DNA of 64,000 nucleotides, from positions 28,448 to 92,447 of the forward strand of contig JAVETN010000010.1 of assembly GCA_034006035.1 (NCBI GenBank), in the 5' to 3' direction. This stretch comes from Desulforegulaceae bacterium (GTDB lineage: Bacteria > Desulfobacterota > Desulfobacteria > Desulfobacterales > JACKCP01). Below the pieces are notes generated by a model. The model had not been told where the DNA came from, did not search any database, and was given only the letters and a program-made list of their open reading frames with translations. Positions 38,645 through 48,095 of this stretch are shown one piece after another (positions within the stretch are counted from its first letter, which is position 1; each line of letters opens with the position of its first letter). A program made the translations under genes and the position numbers.

Positions 38645-38975
38645 TTAAACTCCGGTTTTTTATGAAAAAATTATTTTACTTTAAACCAGCTGCCAACAAT
38701 AAAACTTTATTTTACTTAATTTTGAAACTATTTTAAAATATTTAAATACCCTAGAGGCTAAACTTTTGATTTTCCTGAACTTGAATAAATATATATTTTC
38801 TAACTAACAGCCAAGCCATAATTATACTTAAAAAACTTTTAAAAAACAAATACATTCATCGCTAGAGATAACAATGTTAACCTAAAGTTTAATATTATAA
38901 AGAGCTTAAAATAAACCAAACAAACTTAGTTAAAATATTTATTTTTTGTTAAATCCAAAGACATCAAAGCTTTAA

Positions 38976-39004
38976 CAAGTTTGCCATGAAATAAGGCAAA
39001 CTTG
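38976..39004 (-). terminator. terminator hairpin after the HdrD-like gene
   Basis: Perfect 10-bp stem CAAGTTTGCC / GGCAAACTTG with a 9-nt loop, 25 nt downstream of the stop at 39029. The T-tract on the minus strand is only moderate. Confidence 0.6.
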
Positions 39005-39028
39005 AAGTTTTAGCTTAAAAGATTGTTT

Positions 39029-40138
39029 TTACAAAGAATCAAGAACAATTTTGGAAAAATAAATCAAATCTTTATCAAGGGATTTCTTTTTTGAGGCATA
39101 GGAAAGATTAAATGTACAAAAAGGACAGGCTGTGGCAATCTGTTCTGTTTTAGAGCTTTTGAGAAGTTTTTCAGCAAGCTTTAATGATAATTCAGGATAA
39201 ACAGATCTTATTCCCGCCCCTGCTCCGCAGCAAGATGCATCTTTTCCAAACTTTTCCATTTCCTTGAGATTGGCTCCACAGGCTTTTAAAATATCCCTTG
39301 GTTCTTTGGTCATATTTTCCATTCTTGCAAGTCTGCAGGGATCCTGGAAAGTAACTTCTCTTTCAACTTTTTTAAGTATGTCTTTTTTATCTTCTAAAAG
39401 ATTGAAAATTGTTTCAACGGCATGCTCAATTTCAAGTCCTGTATCTCCAAGCATTGCAGGATAAAAATATTTAAAGCATTTAAGGCAGCCATTGCAGGGA
39501 ACAACTAGTTTTTTTATTCCAAGTGATTTGAATTTTTCCAAATTTTTTTCAAAATATTCCCTGGCAAATTCTGTATTCCCACATTCATAAAAATATGTTC
39601 CACAGCAGCCCTCATCTTCAATTACTCTAAAATCATAGCCAAGTTTATCAAGCACCTGCAAGGTTGCATAGGAAGAATCTTTGGCAAGATATGAAGGAAT
39701 GCATCCAAGATATAAAAGAGTATCTGAGTCTGAATTAAGATACTTTTGTTTTAAGTTTTCATCTTCAAGCCAGTTCATTCTTTTTTGAGGATCACCACCC
39801 ACAGAGTTTTCATTTTTAATTATACCGTTCATTACTTTGTGGTGATTTTCAAGAGGACCGATTTTATTTTTTACAAGAGTTTCTCTTGTTTTATGGATAA
39901 TTTCAACAATATCCAATTCCTGGGCACAGATATTTTCGCAAAGCATACATTTTGGGCAGCTGTAAATACTTTCAATTTCCTCATCAGAGATTTTTTCTCC
40001 GGAAAAAACTTTTTTTGCAATCGCCACCCTTTTTTGGGGTCCAAAAAGCTCATTTCCAGTAACCTCAAAGGTTGGACAAACATCATTACAAACACCGCAT
40101 TCAATACATAATTCAACCTGCTTTTTAATTTCTGTCAT
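39029..40138 (-). CDS. HdrD/GlpC-like (Fe-S) oxidoreductase with two CCG domains
   Basis: Two 4Fe-4S motifs (CIECGVCNDVCP, CPKCMLCENIC) and CCG-type motifs (GCCGTYF, SCCGAGAG, CPFC). Confidence 0.75.
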   Translation of the reverse strand: MTEIKKQVELCIECGVCNDVCPTFEVTGNELFGPQKRVAIAKKVFSGEKISDEEIESIYSCPKCMLCENICAQELDIVEIIHKTRETLVKNKIGPLENHHKVMNGIIKNENSVGGDPQKRMNWLEDENLKQKYLNSDSDTLLYLGCIPSYLAKDSSYATLQVLDKLGYDFRVIEDEGCCGTYFYECGNTEFAREYFEKNLEKFKSLGIKKLVVPCNGCLKCFKYFYPAMLGDTGLEIEHAVETIFNLLEDKKDILKKVEREVTFQDPCRLARMENMTKEPRDILKACGANLKEMEKFGKDASCCGAGAGIRSVYPELSLKLAEKLLKSSKTEQIATACPFCTFNLSYASKKKSLDKDLIYFSKIVLDSL

Positions 40139-40240
40139 TTTTAACCCCCAGTATAGTTATTACTGATTTTGATCAACCTTGAAATAAAGCCAGATATTTT
40201 TATACAAAACCAGACTTCTATGAAAAGCCTAAAAAAGAAA

Positions 40241-40465
40241 CTATTTTTTCTCAAGAACTATCTTAATTAAATCACCTTCAAAGTCTATAATGTCTCCAGA
40301 ATAAATTTTTTTGGCTTTTCTTGTTTCAACTTCCCCATTTACTTTAACAAGACTTTCAGAGATTACAAACTTTGCCTCTCCACCGCTTTGAACCTGATTG
40401 TCTATTTTTAAAATCTTATAAAGTTCAATAGGCTCTTTTTTTATATAAAACTTTCTTAAATCCAC
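40241..40465 (-). CDS. S4-domain RNA-binding protein (YbcJ-like)
   Basis: 74 aa with the S4-like core SGGEAKFVISESLVKVNGEVETRKAKKIYSGD. GTG start. Confidence 0.7.
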   Translation of the reverse strand: MDLRKFYIKKEPIELYKILKIDNQVQSGGEAKFVISESLVKVNGEVETRKAKKIYSGDIIDFEGDLIKIVLEKK

Positions 40466-40489
40466 TTATAATTTTCCCCTTATCTTAAC

Positions 40490-41131
40490 TCAATTGGATT
40501 TTAAACTTGCAATAATTTTTTTAAAAACTTCCCAGGACTCCTTTTTTAAATCAGGCTGAACATCAAGGGTATCAAGAGAATGGGTGGAAAAAACAGGATA
40601 TTTTTCAATTATATGATTTAAATCCTTATTAATTATTTCAAACATAGAGTTACCAAGGAAGCAAATACATTGGGGGTTTATAAATTTTATTGTTCTTTTT
40701 AAAAAATTTTTACATGGAAGATTTAAAAAATCATTTTTTTTAGCCTGAACATCTTCTGGTAAAAACTGACATTTTAAAGCAGAAATTACAAAAACCTGAT
40801 CAACCCTAAGGTTCATGGCAGATATAATTTTTCTAAACATCACCCTTTCATTACTGGAAAAAACCCTTTGATTTTCAAAATCTTTTGGCATATCAACAAT
40901 AAAAAGCAACTTTATATTTAAATTTGAAAACTTAATTGGTTTTATTTTTTTTGCTTTATTGCAAAAAGAACAAGTCATAATTTCATAATTTAAAAGCTTT
41001 GGTGAATCTTTTTTTAAATTAAAATACTCAACACCGTATTGTTTAAGCGTTTCAAGATAGTTTACTGAGTCATTCAGAACTTTCTCAAAACTTAAATCTT
41101 CATTCATTTTTTGTTTCCAGAATTGAATCAA
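40490..41131 (-). CDS. uracil-DNA glycosylase superfamily protein, family-4-like with divergent motifs
   Basis: CSFC near the N-terminus and overall family-4 spacing, with VDMPK where GE(A/G)PG is expected. The start is uncertain (alternative ATG at 41107). Confidence 0.6.
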   Translation of the reverse strand: MIQFWKQKMNEDLSFEKVLNDSVNYLETLKQYGVEYFNLKKDSPKLLNYEIMTCSFCNKAKKIKPIKFSNLNIKLLFIVDMPKDFENQRVFSSNERVMFRKIISAMNLRVDQVFVISALKCQFLPEDVQAKKNDFLNLPCKNFLKRTIKFINPQCICFLGNSMFEIINKDLNHIIEKYPVFSTHSLDTLDVQPDLKKESWEVFKKIIASLKSN

Positions 41132-42302
41132 GGATTAAATTGGCAAGAATTTTTTTATCCATCATTTCAAAAACCTTAGGTTCTTTCTTTTTAGAAAAAA
41201 CTGTAACCTTGTTTAGATCAGATCCAAAAGCTGAGTTTTTAAAACCTATTTCATTTGCAACAATTAAATCAAGATTTTTTGATTTAAGCTTTTTTAGAGC
41301 ATTTTCTTCAAGATCTCTTGTTTCAGCTGCAAATCCAACAAAAATCTGCCCCTTTTTTTTAGATTTCCCAAGAGTTTTTATAATATCAGGATTTTCTTCT
41401 AAAACAAGATCAAACCTTCCGTCTGATTTTTTTATTTTATTCTCTGCAGTGTTTTTTATTTTATAGTCTGCAACTGCAGCAACCTTTACTATTATATCAA
41501 TATTATCCATTCTTTCCTGGCACTGGAAAAGCATTTCATCAGCTGTTTTTATATTTACAACTTCAGTGTTATAAGGAGGCTCAATTGATACCGGGCCTGA
41601 AACTATTACAACTTCCGCTCCTCTCTTTTCAAAGGCCTCTGCAATTTTATATCCCATTTTTCCTGAAGAATAATTACTTATAAATCGTACAGGATCAATT
41701 GCCTCAACAGTTGGCCCTGCTGTTACAAGAATTTTTTTACCTTTAAAATCTTTTTTTGAAAGCATGGCCTCAACTCTGTCTGCAATATAAACCGGCTCAG
41801 GAAGCCTTCCAGGGCCTATCACATTACAGGCAAGAAAGCCTTCGTCAGGCTCAAGAATATAAAATCCATCATCACAAAGAGTGTCAATATTTCTTTGAAC
41901 GGCCATTGATTCATACATCCATGAATTCATTGCAGGACAAATCATTGCAGGAGATTTTACAGCCATTATCATGGTGGAAAGTGCATCATCTGCTATTCCG
42001 TTTGCAATTTTTCCGATTATATTTGCAGTTGCAGGAGCAATTACAACTCCATCTGCTTTTTCCGCAAGATCTACATGCCTTATTTTACTAGGAATTTCTT
42101 CCTTCATTACATCTGTATAAACATTATTTTTTGAAATTGCCTGAAAGGTGAGCTCTCCTACAAATTTAGATGCATTTTTAGTCATTACAACAAAAACTTC
42201 AGCACCCTTTTTCTGCAAAATTCTTAAAAGTTCAATACTTTTATAAGCCGCAATACCCCCAGAAACACCCAAAACTATTTTTTTACCCTCCAAGCCTGAC
42301 AT
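41100..42302 (-). CDS. coaBC: bifunctional phosphopantothenoylcysteine decarboxylase / phosphopantothenate-cysteine ligase
   Basis: GVSGGIAAYKS flavoprotein N-terminus, PAMNSWM, and a CoaB C-terminal half. Confidence 0.9.
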   Translation of the reverse strand: MSGLEGKKIVLGVSGGIAAYKSIELLRILQKKGAEVFVVMTKNASKFVGELTFQAISKNNVYTDVMKEEIPSKIRHVDLAEKADGVVIAPATANIIGKIANGIADDALSTMIMAVKSPAMICPAMNSWMYESMAVQRNIDTLCDDGFYILEPDEGFLACNVIGPGRLPEPVYIADRVEAMLSKKDFKGKKILVTAGPTVEAIDPVRFISNYSSGKMGYKIAEAFEKRGAEVVIVSGPVSIEPPYNTEVVNIKTADEMLFQCQERMDNIDIIVKVAAVADYKIKNTAENKIKKSDGRFDLVLEENPDIIKTLGKSKKKGQIFVGFAAETRDLEENALKKLKSKNLDLIVANEIGFKNSAFGSDLNKVTVFSKKKEPKVFEMMDKKILANLILDSILETKNE

Positions 42303-42319
42303 AACTCCTCCAAAAAAAA

Positions 42320-43141
42320 CTAAAAAATTGCATTCATGCAGTTTACTGCAGATAATAATAAAATTACTGTAGTTAAAACAAAAATCAAAAAAGCTAAAAT
42401 TGTATTAAAAGCATTGTCTGACCTTTTTTCAATATACCCAAGAACAAAACCTGACAAAAGACCACCTAAAAATCCTCCAAGATGACCTAAATTGTCAATT
42501 CCGGGAAATAAAAGCCCAAAAATAACAAGAGAGACTATCCATCCTGAAACCTGTTTATATACAAGAGTTCCATGAAGCCCTCCCCTTGATTTACCATAAT
42601 AGAATAAAGCACCTATAAGTCCACAAATAGAAGCAGAGGCTCCTATTGTTACTGAAGTTCCTGAAAGATAAGAAAGAACAAACCCTGAAATTCCGCTTAT
42701 AGAATAAATTATAAAAGTTCTGGTATTCCCATAAAAATGGTAGGCATATTTGTACAATTGGGAAAAGGCAAGCATATTAAAACCAATATGTAAAATGCTT
42801 CCATGAAGATAGGAAGCTGAGACAAAACTCCACCAAAGATTGTATGTGTCAACAGGGATCCTTCCTGAAGCACCCATAAAAATAAGGGCTCTTGTATCTG
42901 GAGAAAGAAAATTAAGTGGATTTGATGAAAAAGAAATCCCTGAAGAAATAATAAGACTTAAAATATAAAAAAATATATTTACTCCAATAATTAGCTTAAT
43001 TACAAAATCGCTATCCCTTAAAAAAGTAAAAACCATATTGTTTTTATACCAGATGCCTGGATTTTTAAGCCCGCAATAAGGGCAAACTGACTCATCTTTA
43101 CTCACAAGCTTTTTACATCTTGGACAAAACACTGAATTCAA
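42320..43141 (-). CDS. rhomboid family intramembrane serine protease with N-terminal zinc ribbon
   Basis: CPRC...CPYCG ribbon. Rhomboid catalytic motif GASASICG and HLGGFLGG. Confidence 0.85.
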   Translation of the reverse strand: MNSVFCPRCKKLVSKDESVCPYCGLKNPGIWYKNNMVFTFLRDSDFVIKLIIGVNIFFYILSLIISSGISFSSNPLNFLSPDTRALIFMGASGRIPVDTYNLWWSFVSASYLHGSILHIGFNMLAFSQLYKYAYHFYGNTRTFIIYSISGISGFVLSYLSGTSVTIGASASICGLIGALFYYGKSRGGLHGTLVYKQVSGWIVSLVIFGLLFPGIDNLGHLGGFLGGLLSGFVLGYIEKRSDNAFNTILAFLIFVLTTVILLLSAVNCMNAIF

Positions 43142-44178
43142 CCTGCTCTTCCCCCTTTTAGTTTACCTGCAAGCTGACCACAGCCTGCATCAAGATTTTC
43201 TCCCTTTGCCCATCTTTTTCTAACAAAAAGCCCATAACTTTCCAGTAAATCAGAAAAATCTCCCAGATCTTTATCATTGCATCCTTTGAAATCACAGCCT
43301 TCTACTTTATTATACGGAATAAGATTGACTCTGCAGGGAATCCCTTCAAGAAAATTTACAAGCTTTAAGGCATCTTTTTTTCCATCATTTAAACCTTTGA
43401 ATAAAGTATAAGTGATAAATATTATTCCTTTGGGTTTTAGAGGATAGTTTAAAAGGGTTTTTCTTAAAGTCAAAAGATTAAACTTATTGGTAACAGGCAT
43501 GATTGATTTTCTTAAATCATTATCTGCTGAATTTATGGAAACCGATAAGTTGGGCTTTATGTCAACATCTTTGCCAAGTTTTTCAATTTGATTGCAAAGT
43601 CCTGAAGTTGAGATGGTAATATGTCTAAAGGAAATATCAAAACCCTGTTGCTCATTTAAAATTAAAATTGCCTTTCTGACATTTTCATAATTATCAAGAG
43701 GCTCTCCCATTCCCATGAAAACAATATTTCTTATATCATAACCCAAAACAAATTTAGCCGTATAAAATTGGAGAAGAATCTCATGGGTCAAAAGATTTCT
43801 CTTAAATCCCATTTTTGCTGTGGCACAAAACTGACAATTCATTTTACACCCAACCTGAGAAGACACACAAAGAGTATCCCTTGTTTTCATTTTAATGATC
43901 ACAGTTTCCACTACACTTTTATCATCTAGCTCAAGTGCAATTTTTATTACATCTTCAGACTCTTTTTTTTCTAAAACTACAGGATTTGGGAATTTAAGAT
44001 CTTCCTTGATTTTAAGGGGAAGATCTTTGGTTGTAAAACAATCTAAGTTTTCCAGGTCAGATTTGCCTGTTTTATAAAAATACCTATAAATACATTTTGA
44101 ATGAAATTTGCCCTTCCCAAAGTTTTTATTCAAATAACTGGTCAAATCATCTAGGGTAAAGGACAAAATTTTAGACAT
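43138..44178 (-). CDS. rlmN: 23S rRNA/tRNA adenine-C2 methyltransferase RlmN (radical SAM)
   Basis: CKMNCQFCAT radical-SAM motif and the C-terminal DAGCGQLAG. Confidence 0.9.
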   Translation of the reverse strand: MSKILSFTLDDLTSYLNKNFGKGKFHSKCIYRYFYKTGKSDLENLDCFTTKDLPLKIKEDLKFPNPVVLEKKESEDVIKIALELDDKSVVETVIIKMKTRDTLCVSSQVGCKMNCQFCATAKMGFKRNLLTHEILLQFYTAKFVLGYDIRNIVFMGMGEPLDNYENVRKAILILNEQQGFDISFRHITISTSGLCNQIEKLGKDVDIKPNLSVSINSADNDLRKSIMPVTNKFNLLTLRKTLLNYPLKPKGIIFITYTLFKGLNDGKKDALKLVNFLEGIPCRVNLIPYNKVEGCDFKGCNDKDLGDFSDLLESYGLFVRKRWAKGENLDAGCGQLAGKLKGGRAG

Positions 44179-44180
44179 TT

Positions 44181-44504
44181 TTATTTTTCTTTCCTTGCAA
44201 ATTCATCAATCATGGAAAGAATCATTTCTGAAGGCTCAACCTCTCTGTTTTTTGCTATTGTGCAGATTTCTTCCCATAAAACCTTTTCTATTGGAAGAGA
44301 TACATATCTTTTTGCCTTTTCAACGCTCATTCCTGCAGCAAGCCTGTTTCTATTGTTCATTTCAACAGCTTTTTTGGGATCATTTTTGCTTAAATATCCC
44401 TTCATTAAAAATTCAACAAGATCATCAATATCAAGGCCAAGCCCTTCAGCCTTTTTTTCAAACCATTTTACAACTTCGTTATTTATTTCAACACACATTT
44501 TCAT
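44181..44504 (-). CDS. hypothetical protein with two ribbon-helix-helix-like halves
   Basis: 107 aa. Two segments share a strand-helix-helix pattern (VEINNEVVKWFEKKAEGLGLDIDDLVEFLMKGY and VSLPIEKVLWEEICTIAKNREVEPSEMILSMIDEF). Confidence 0.45.
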   Translation of the reverse strand: MKMCVEINNEVVKWFEKKAEGLGLDIDDLVEFLMKGYLSKNDPKKAVEMNNRNRLAAGMSVEKAKRYVSLPIEKVLWEEICTIAKNREVEPSEMILSMIDEFARKEK

Positions 44505-44517
44505 AAAATTTGCTCTC

Positions 44518-46347
44518 CTAAATTAATCCATAAAGTTCACCGCTTTTTTTAAAAAGCAAATCAACTTTTTCTTCTGTTTTATCATCTAAAACAAGTTCTT
44601 TTGCATGCCAGGGTTTTACTCTTGAATCAATAACAAGAGGGCCTTTGCATCCAAAATGCTTGAATTTTAAAAAACTATTTATTCCGTTTACATCGTGGGA
44701 AGGGTTTGAACGGGTAAACACAACCCATAAAAAATTAGCTAAAGATTTTGAAACAAAGTCAGAATCATCACAAACAGCAATAAGAACAAAATCATCTGAA
44801 CTTAAATTTACCACTCCTGAAGAACAAAAACTTTCAATATCCTCATAACCAGAGTTATCTGTAAACTTAGGGCCCTGAACAGCAATTACTCCAGACATCA
44901 CCACTTTAGGGTTTGTAAATCCCAGGGGAAGTTTTAAGTTTTCTTTTATTTTTGACTTTAAAACTCTTTTCTTTTTACCGCATGAACAAATAGCAAGCTT
45001 TGAGCCCCGGTTTAAACTTTCACCTGAATAATCCAAGGTATCTATTGTTGTTTTTGTGTGAAAATTAAGATCGTTTTCCAAATCTACTCTTTCAAACATA
45101 TGAGTTAAAAATTCTTTTTCATCATAAATATTCAAGCTTGGGTTGTCTTCTTCTGCTGCAACAAAAAGATATTTGGTTAAAGAGCATTGACCAAAGCCTA
45201 AAATTGCGTTGGAAGCTGTAATAAGCTCGGCAGGAATTCTTTTTTCATAAGGAGTGTATCTTTCATGTGCAATGGCAAACATAAGAGGATGAACACCTGC
45301 AAGATCAACTGCATGAATTTTTTCCACCCCTGGAATTGTTGCAGAAACAGCCGGTTTTGTAATTTCATGAATAAGCTCACCAAAAACCGAATCTTCCTGG
45401 GGCGGTCTTCCCACCACAGTAAAAGGCCAGATTGCATCTTTTCTATGGTAAACATTTTTTATCTTTATAAATGGGAAGTCATGGACAAGGCTGTAATACC
45501 CCAGATGATCTCCAAAGGGTCCTTCTTTTTTTGTTGAATCAAGGCAAACCTCACCTGTGATACAAAAATCTGAATCAAGGGAAATAAACTCATCGTTTGT
45601 TCTTTTGTAATTAAATCTTTTTCCTCCCAAAGCCCCTGCAAAAAATATTTCAGGAAGATTGTGGGGTAAAGGCATAATTGCAGCAAGTGTGTGTGAAGGA
45701 GGCCCCCCAACAAACACAGAAACATTGAGCTTTTTGTTTTTTGACACTGCCCTTTGATGATGAATCCCTATTCCTCTTTCAATCTGATAATGAAGCCCTG
45801 CTTCCTTGTCTTTTAGATAATCATTTCCTGAAATCTGAACCCTGTACATTCCAAGGTTTGAATTAAAAACATTGTTTTTATCAGGATTTTCAGTGTAAAC
45901 CTGGGGTAAAAAAACAAAAGCTCCTCCATCATCGGGCCAGCACCTGATTTGGGGAAGACTTGAAAGATTTGTTTTTGAATACAAAACTTTTCCAGTTTTT
46001 GATTTTTTTGGAAGAGCATTGTAAAGAGTTTTTAAAATTTGCGGCCAAAAAAAAGGCGATGCCAAAATTTCAAATGGATCTTTTTTTGACCCAATAAGTT
46101 TTTTTACAGGCTCAAGGCTATGCCTAAAAAGATAAGTTGCCCTTTCCATGGTTCCAAAAATATTTGAAGCAGCTTTAAAAGGAGAGCCTTTTACATTTTC
46201 AAACAAAATTGCAGGCCCTTTTTTTTCATTTATTCTTCTGTGTACTGCTGCCATTTCCAGGTTTGGATCAATTTCAGTTTTTATTTTTACAAGCATTTTC
46301 TTTTCATAAAGATCATTGCATGCCTGATTTAAAGATGAATAAATCAT
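44518..46347 (-). CDS. UbiD family (prFMN-dependent) decarboxylase, possibly menaquinone-biosynthesis type
   Basis: 609 aa with full-length UbiD-like similarity (GPAILFENVKGS, NLGMYRVQ, WPFTVVGRPPQED). Confidence 0.85.
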   Translation of the reverse strand: MIYSSLNQACNDLYEKKMLVKIKTEIDPNLEMAAVHRRINEKKGPAILFENVKGSPFKAASNIFGTMERATYLFRHSLEPVKKLIGSKKDPFEILASPFFWPQILKTLYNALPKKSKTGKVLYSKTNLSSLPQIRCWPDDGGAFVFLPQVYTENPDKNNVFNSNLGMYRVQISGNDYLKDKEAGLHYQIERGIGIHHQRAVSKNKKLNVSVFVGGPPSHTLAAIMPLPHNLPEIFFAGALGGKRFNYKRTNDEFISLDSDFCITGEVCLDSTKKEGPFGDHLGYYSLVHDFPFIKIKNVYHRKDAIWPFTVVGRPPQEDSVFGELIHEITKPAVSATIPGVEKIHAVDLAGVHPLMFAIAHERYTPYEKRIPAELITASNAILGFGQCSLTKYLFVAAEEDNPSLNIYDEKEFLTHMFERVDLENDLNFHTKTTIDTLDYSGESLNRGSKLAICSCGKKKRVLKSKIKENLKLPLGFTNPKVVMSGVIAVQGPKFTDNSGYEDIESFCSSGVVNLSSDDFVLIAVCDDSDFVSKSLANFLWVVFTRSNPSHDVNGINSFLKFKHFGCKGPLVIDSRVKPWHAKELVLDDKTEEKVDLLFKKSGELYGLI

Positions 46348-46793
46348 AATTGATCTGCTTTTATTATTGTTTTATTTCCAAATCCCTTAAGATTTTTTGT
46401 GTGTACAATATATTCAGGCTCAAAACAAAAAAGCTCAGTTTTAAATTTCTTTTTAAATTTTAAAAATTCATAGCCAGAATCTTTTAAAAGGAAAGAAAAT
46501 TTTTTTATATATTTTGTAAATATCTTAACTGATTCTTTAAGCTCAGGTTTTAAAATTTTGCCCCTCATTTGAACTCCTGTTATTTTTTTTATTTCATCTC
46601 CATCACAAAATATGGAAGATGAAGCTTTCTTATCTAAACCATATAGAATATGAATTGATTGAGGTGAAGAAAAAAAATAAAATTTTTTATCAAAAACAAA
46701 ATATACAGGAGCACACCATGGCAGATTATTTTCAATTACACAAATATTCATTGTTTTTGCTTTTTTAACAAGCTCAAGAAAACTTTTTTCCAT
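46344..46793 (-). CDS. PNPOx-like FMN-binding split-barrel protein (YhbP/UPF0306-like)
   Basis: LPWCAPVYFVFD, ITGVQMRGKI and LKGFGNKTII resemble the YhbP family. ATGA overlap with the UbiD-like gene. Confidence 0.55.
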   Translation of the reverse strand: MEKSFLELVKKAKTMNICVIENNLPWCAPVYFVFDKKFYFFSSPQSIHILYGLDKKASSSIFCDGDEIKKITGVQMRGKILKPELKESVKIFTKYIKKFSFLLKDSGYEFLKFKKKFKTELFCFEPEYIVHTKNLKGFGNKTIIKADQL

Positions 46794-46936
46794 TAACAGC
46801 CAATCTTTTCTCTAAATTTATTTTAATTAAGTTTAAACCAGGCAATTTTGATTTTGGGTTGAAAACTTTTATTTAATCTTTATTATATAACACTTTATAA
46901 TTATTGATTTACAAAAAAGCAATCAAAGGAATTAAA

Positions 46937-47602
46937 ATGAAAAATGAGTACTCAATAAACAAAACAAAGCAGCTTATACTTAAAGACTCAAAGATGCTTT
47001 CCAAAATCATGGATGAGTTTATTGAGGGTTTTGAGACCATGACTGAAATTGGCCCTGCCATAAGTATTTTTGGTTCTGCACGATTAAGTCCAAACAACGA
47101 AGCCTGTTTAAAAGCTGAAGAAATAGCCTTTAGAATTGCAAAGCTTGGTTATTCAGTTATCACAGGAGGCGGAGGCGGAATCATGGAAGCAGCAAATAAA
47201 GGTGCTGCAAGAGCAGACAAAAAATCTATAGGATTAAATGTCAGGCTTCCATTTGAGCAAATCCCAAATCAATATTCAAACATTAACCTTGAATTTAAAT
47301 ATTTTTTCGTAAGAAAAGTAATGTTTGTAAAATATGCCCAGGCCTATGTAATTTTACCCGGAGGTTTTGGAACCCTTGATGAGATGTTTGAAACCTTAAC
47401 CCTTATCCAGACTAAAAGAATAAGGTCTTTACCTGTAATCCTTGTGGGCAAATCCCACTGGACAGGTCTTGTGGAGTGGCTTAAAAAAGAACTTGTTCCA
47501 AAAAAACTTATATCTGAAAATGACCCTTATCTTTTCAGGGTGGTTGATACTCCCGAAGAAGTTGAAAATTCAATAATAGAACTTTTACCTTCAGTTAAAT
47601 AA
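46937..47602 (+). CDS. LOG family protein (TIGR00730; cytokinin riboside 5'-monophosphate phosphoribohydrolase-like)
   Basis: GGGGGIMEAANKGA and PGGFGTLDE motifs. The ATG at 46937 is preferred over the track's TTG at 46904. Confidence 0.85.
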   Translation: MKNEYSINKTKQLILKDSKMLSKIMDEFIEGFETMTEIGPAISIFGSARLSPNNEACLKAEEIAFRIAKLGYSVITGGGGGIMEAANKGAARADKKSIGLNVRLPFEQIPNQYSNINLEFKYFFVRKVMFVKYAQAYVILPGGFGTLDEMFETLTLIQTKRIRSLPVILVGKSHWTGLVEWLKKELVPKKLISENDPYLFRVVDTPEEVENSIIELLPSVK

Positions 47603-47666
47603 TGTTATCTAAAAACACTTTTCAAATTGATTTAATTTTATATTTAATATTAATGGAGGAAATAAA

Positions 47667-47921
47667 ATGAAAAAATTTATTATTCTTTTGAGTGCAGCTT
47701 CAGTAATGCTTCTTGCAGGATGCAATAACACCCCTGAAAAAGCAGCTGAAGCCCATTACAAAAAAACAATCAAGGCTCACTCAGGCCTTAAAACCGAAGC
47801 TGTTGAAGTTACCAAGATAAGTGAAGAAGGCGAAGAAGCTGTTGTTAATGTTTCTGCTGATTTAAAATACAATGAGCAGCTTAAACTTGTTAAAGAAAAT
47901 GGGAAATGGGTTGTGAAATAA
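47667..47921 (+). CDS. small lipoprotein (84 aa)
   Basis: Signal peptide with lipobox LLAGC. GGAGG upstream. Confidence 0.55.
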   Translation: MKKFIILLSAASVMLLAGCNNTPEKAAEAHYKKTIKAHSGLKTEAVEVTKISEEGEEAVVNVSADLKYNEQLKLVKENGKWVVK

Positions 47922-47942
47922 TTAGATAAATTATTTTGATCT

Positions 47943-47971
47943 AAAAAAAGCTCCGGAATTCATTCCGGGGC
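47943..47971 (-). terminator. rho-independent terminator closing the Hsp70 unit (convergent with the plus-strand lipoprotein gene)
   Basis: Stem GCTCCGGAA / TTCCGGGGC (47950-47971, loop TTCA), followed on the minus strand by a 7-T run (47943-47949). Confidence 0.7.
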
Positions 47972-48095
47972 TTGTAAAAAAGGCTGAAACAGCCCAGTCT
48001 TTTATTACAATTACTACAGCTAAAGCTGAAAAATAAGTTGAGTAAATAAATTCTTTTTGAAAATAAAGCTGATTAAAAATAAAAACAATAAACTT

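Noticed and set aside
38681-38696. Possible sigma54 promoter (minus strand TTGGCAGCTGGTTTAA) upstream of the fimT-like gene.
   Set aside because: The -24 element is acceptable, but the -12 position reads TTAA instead of TTGC. It also lies only about 40 nt from the ATG. This is too weak to call.
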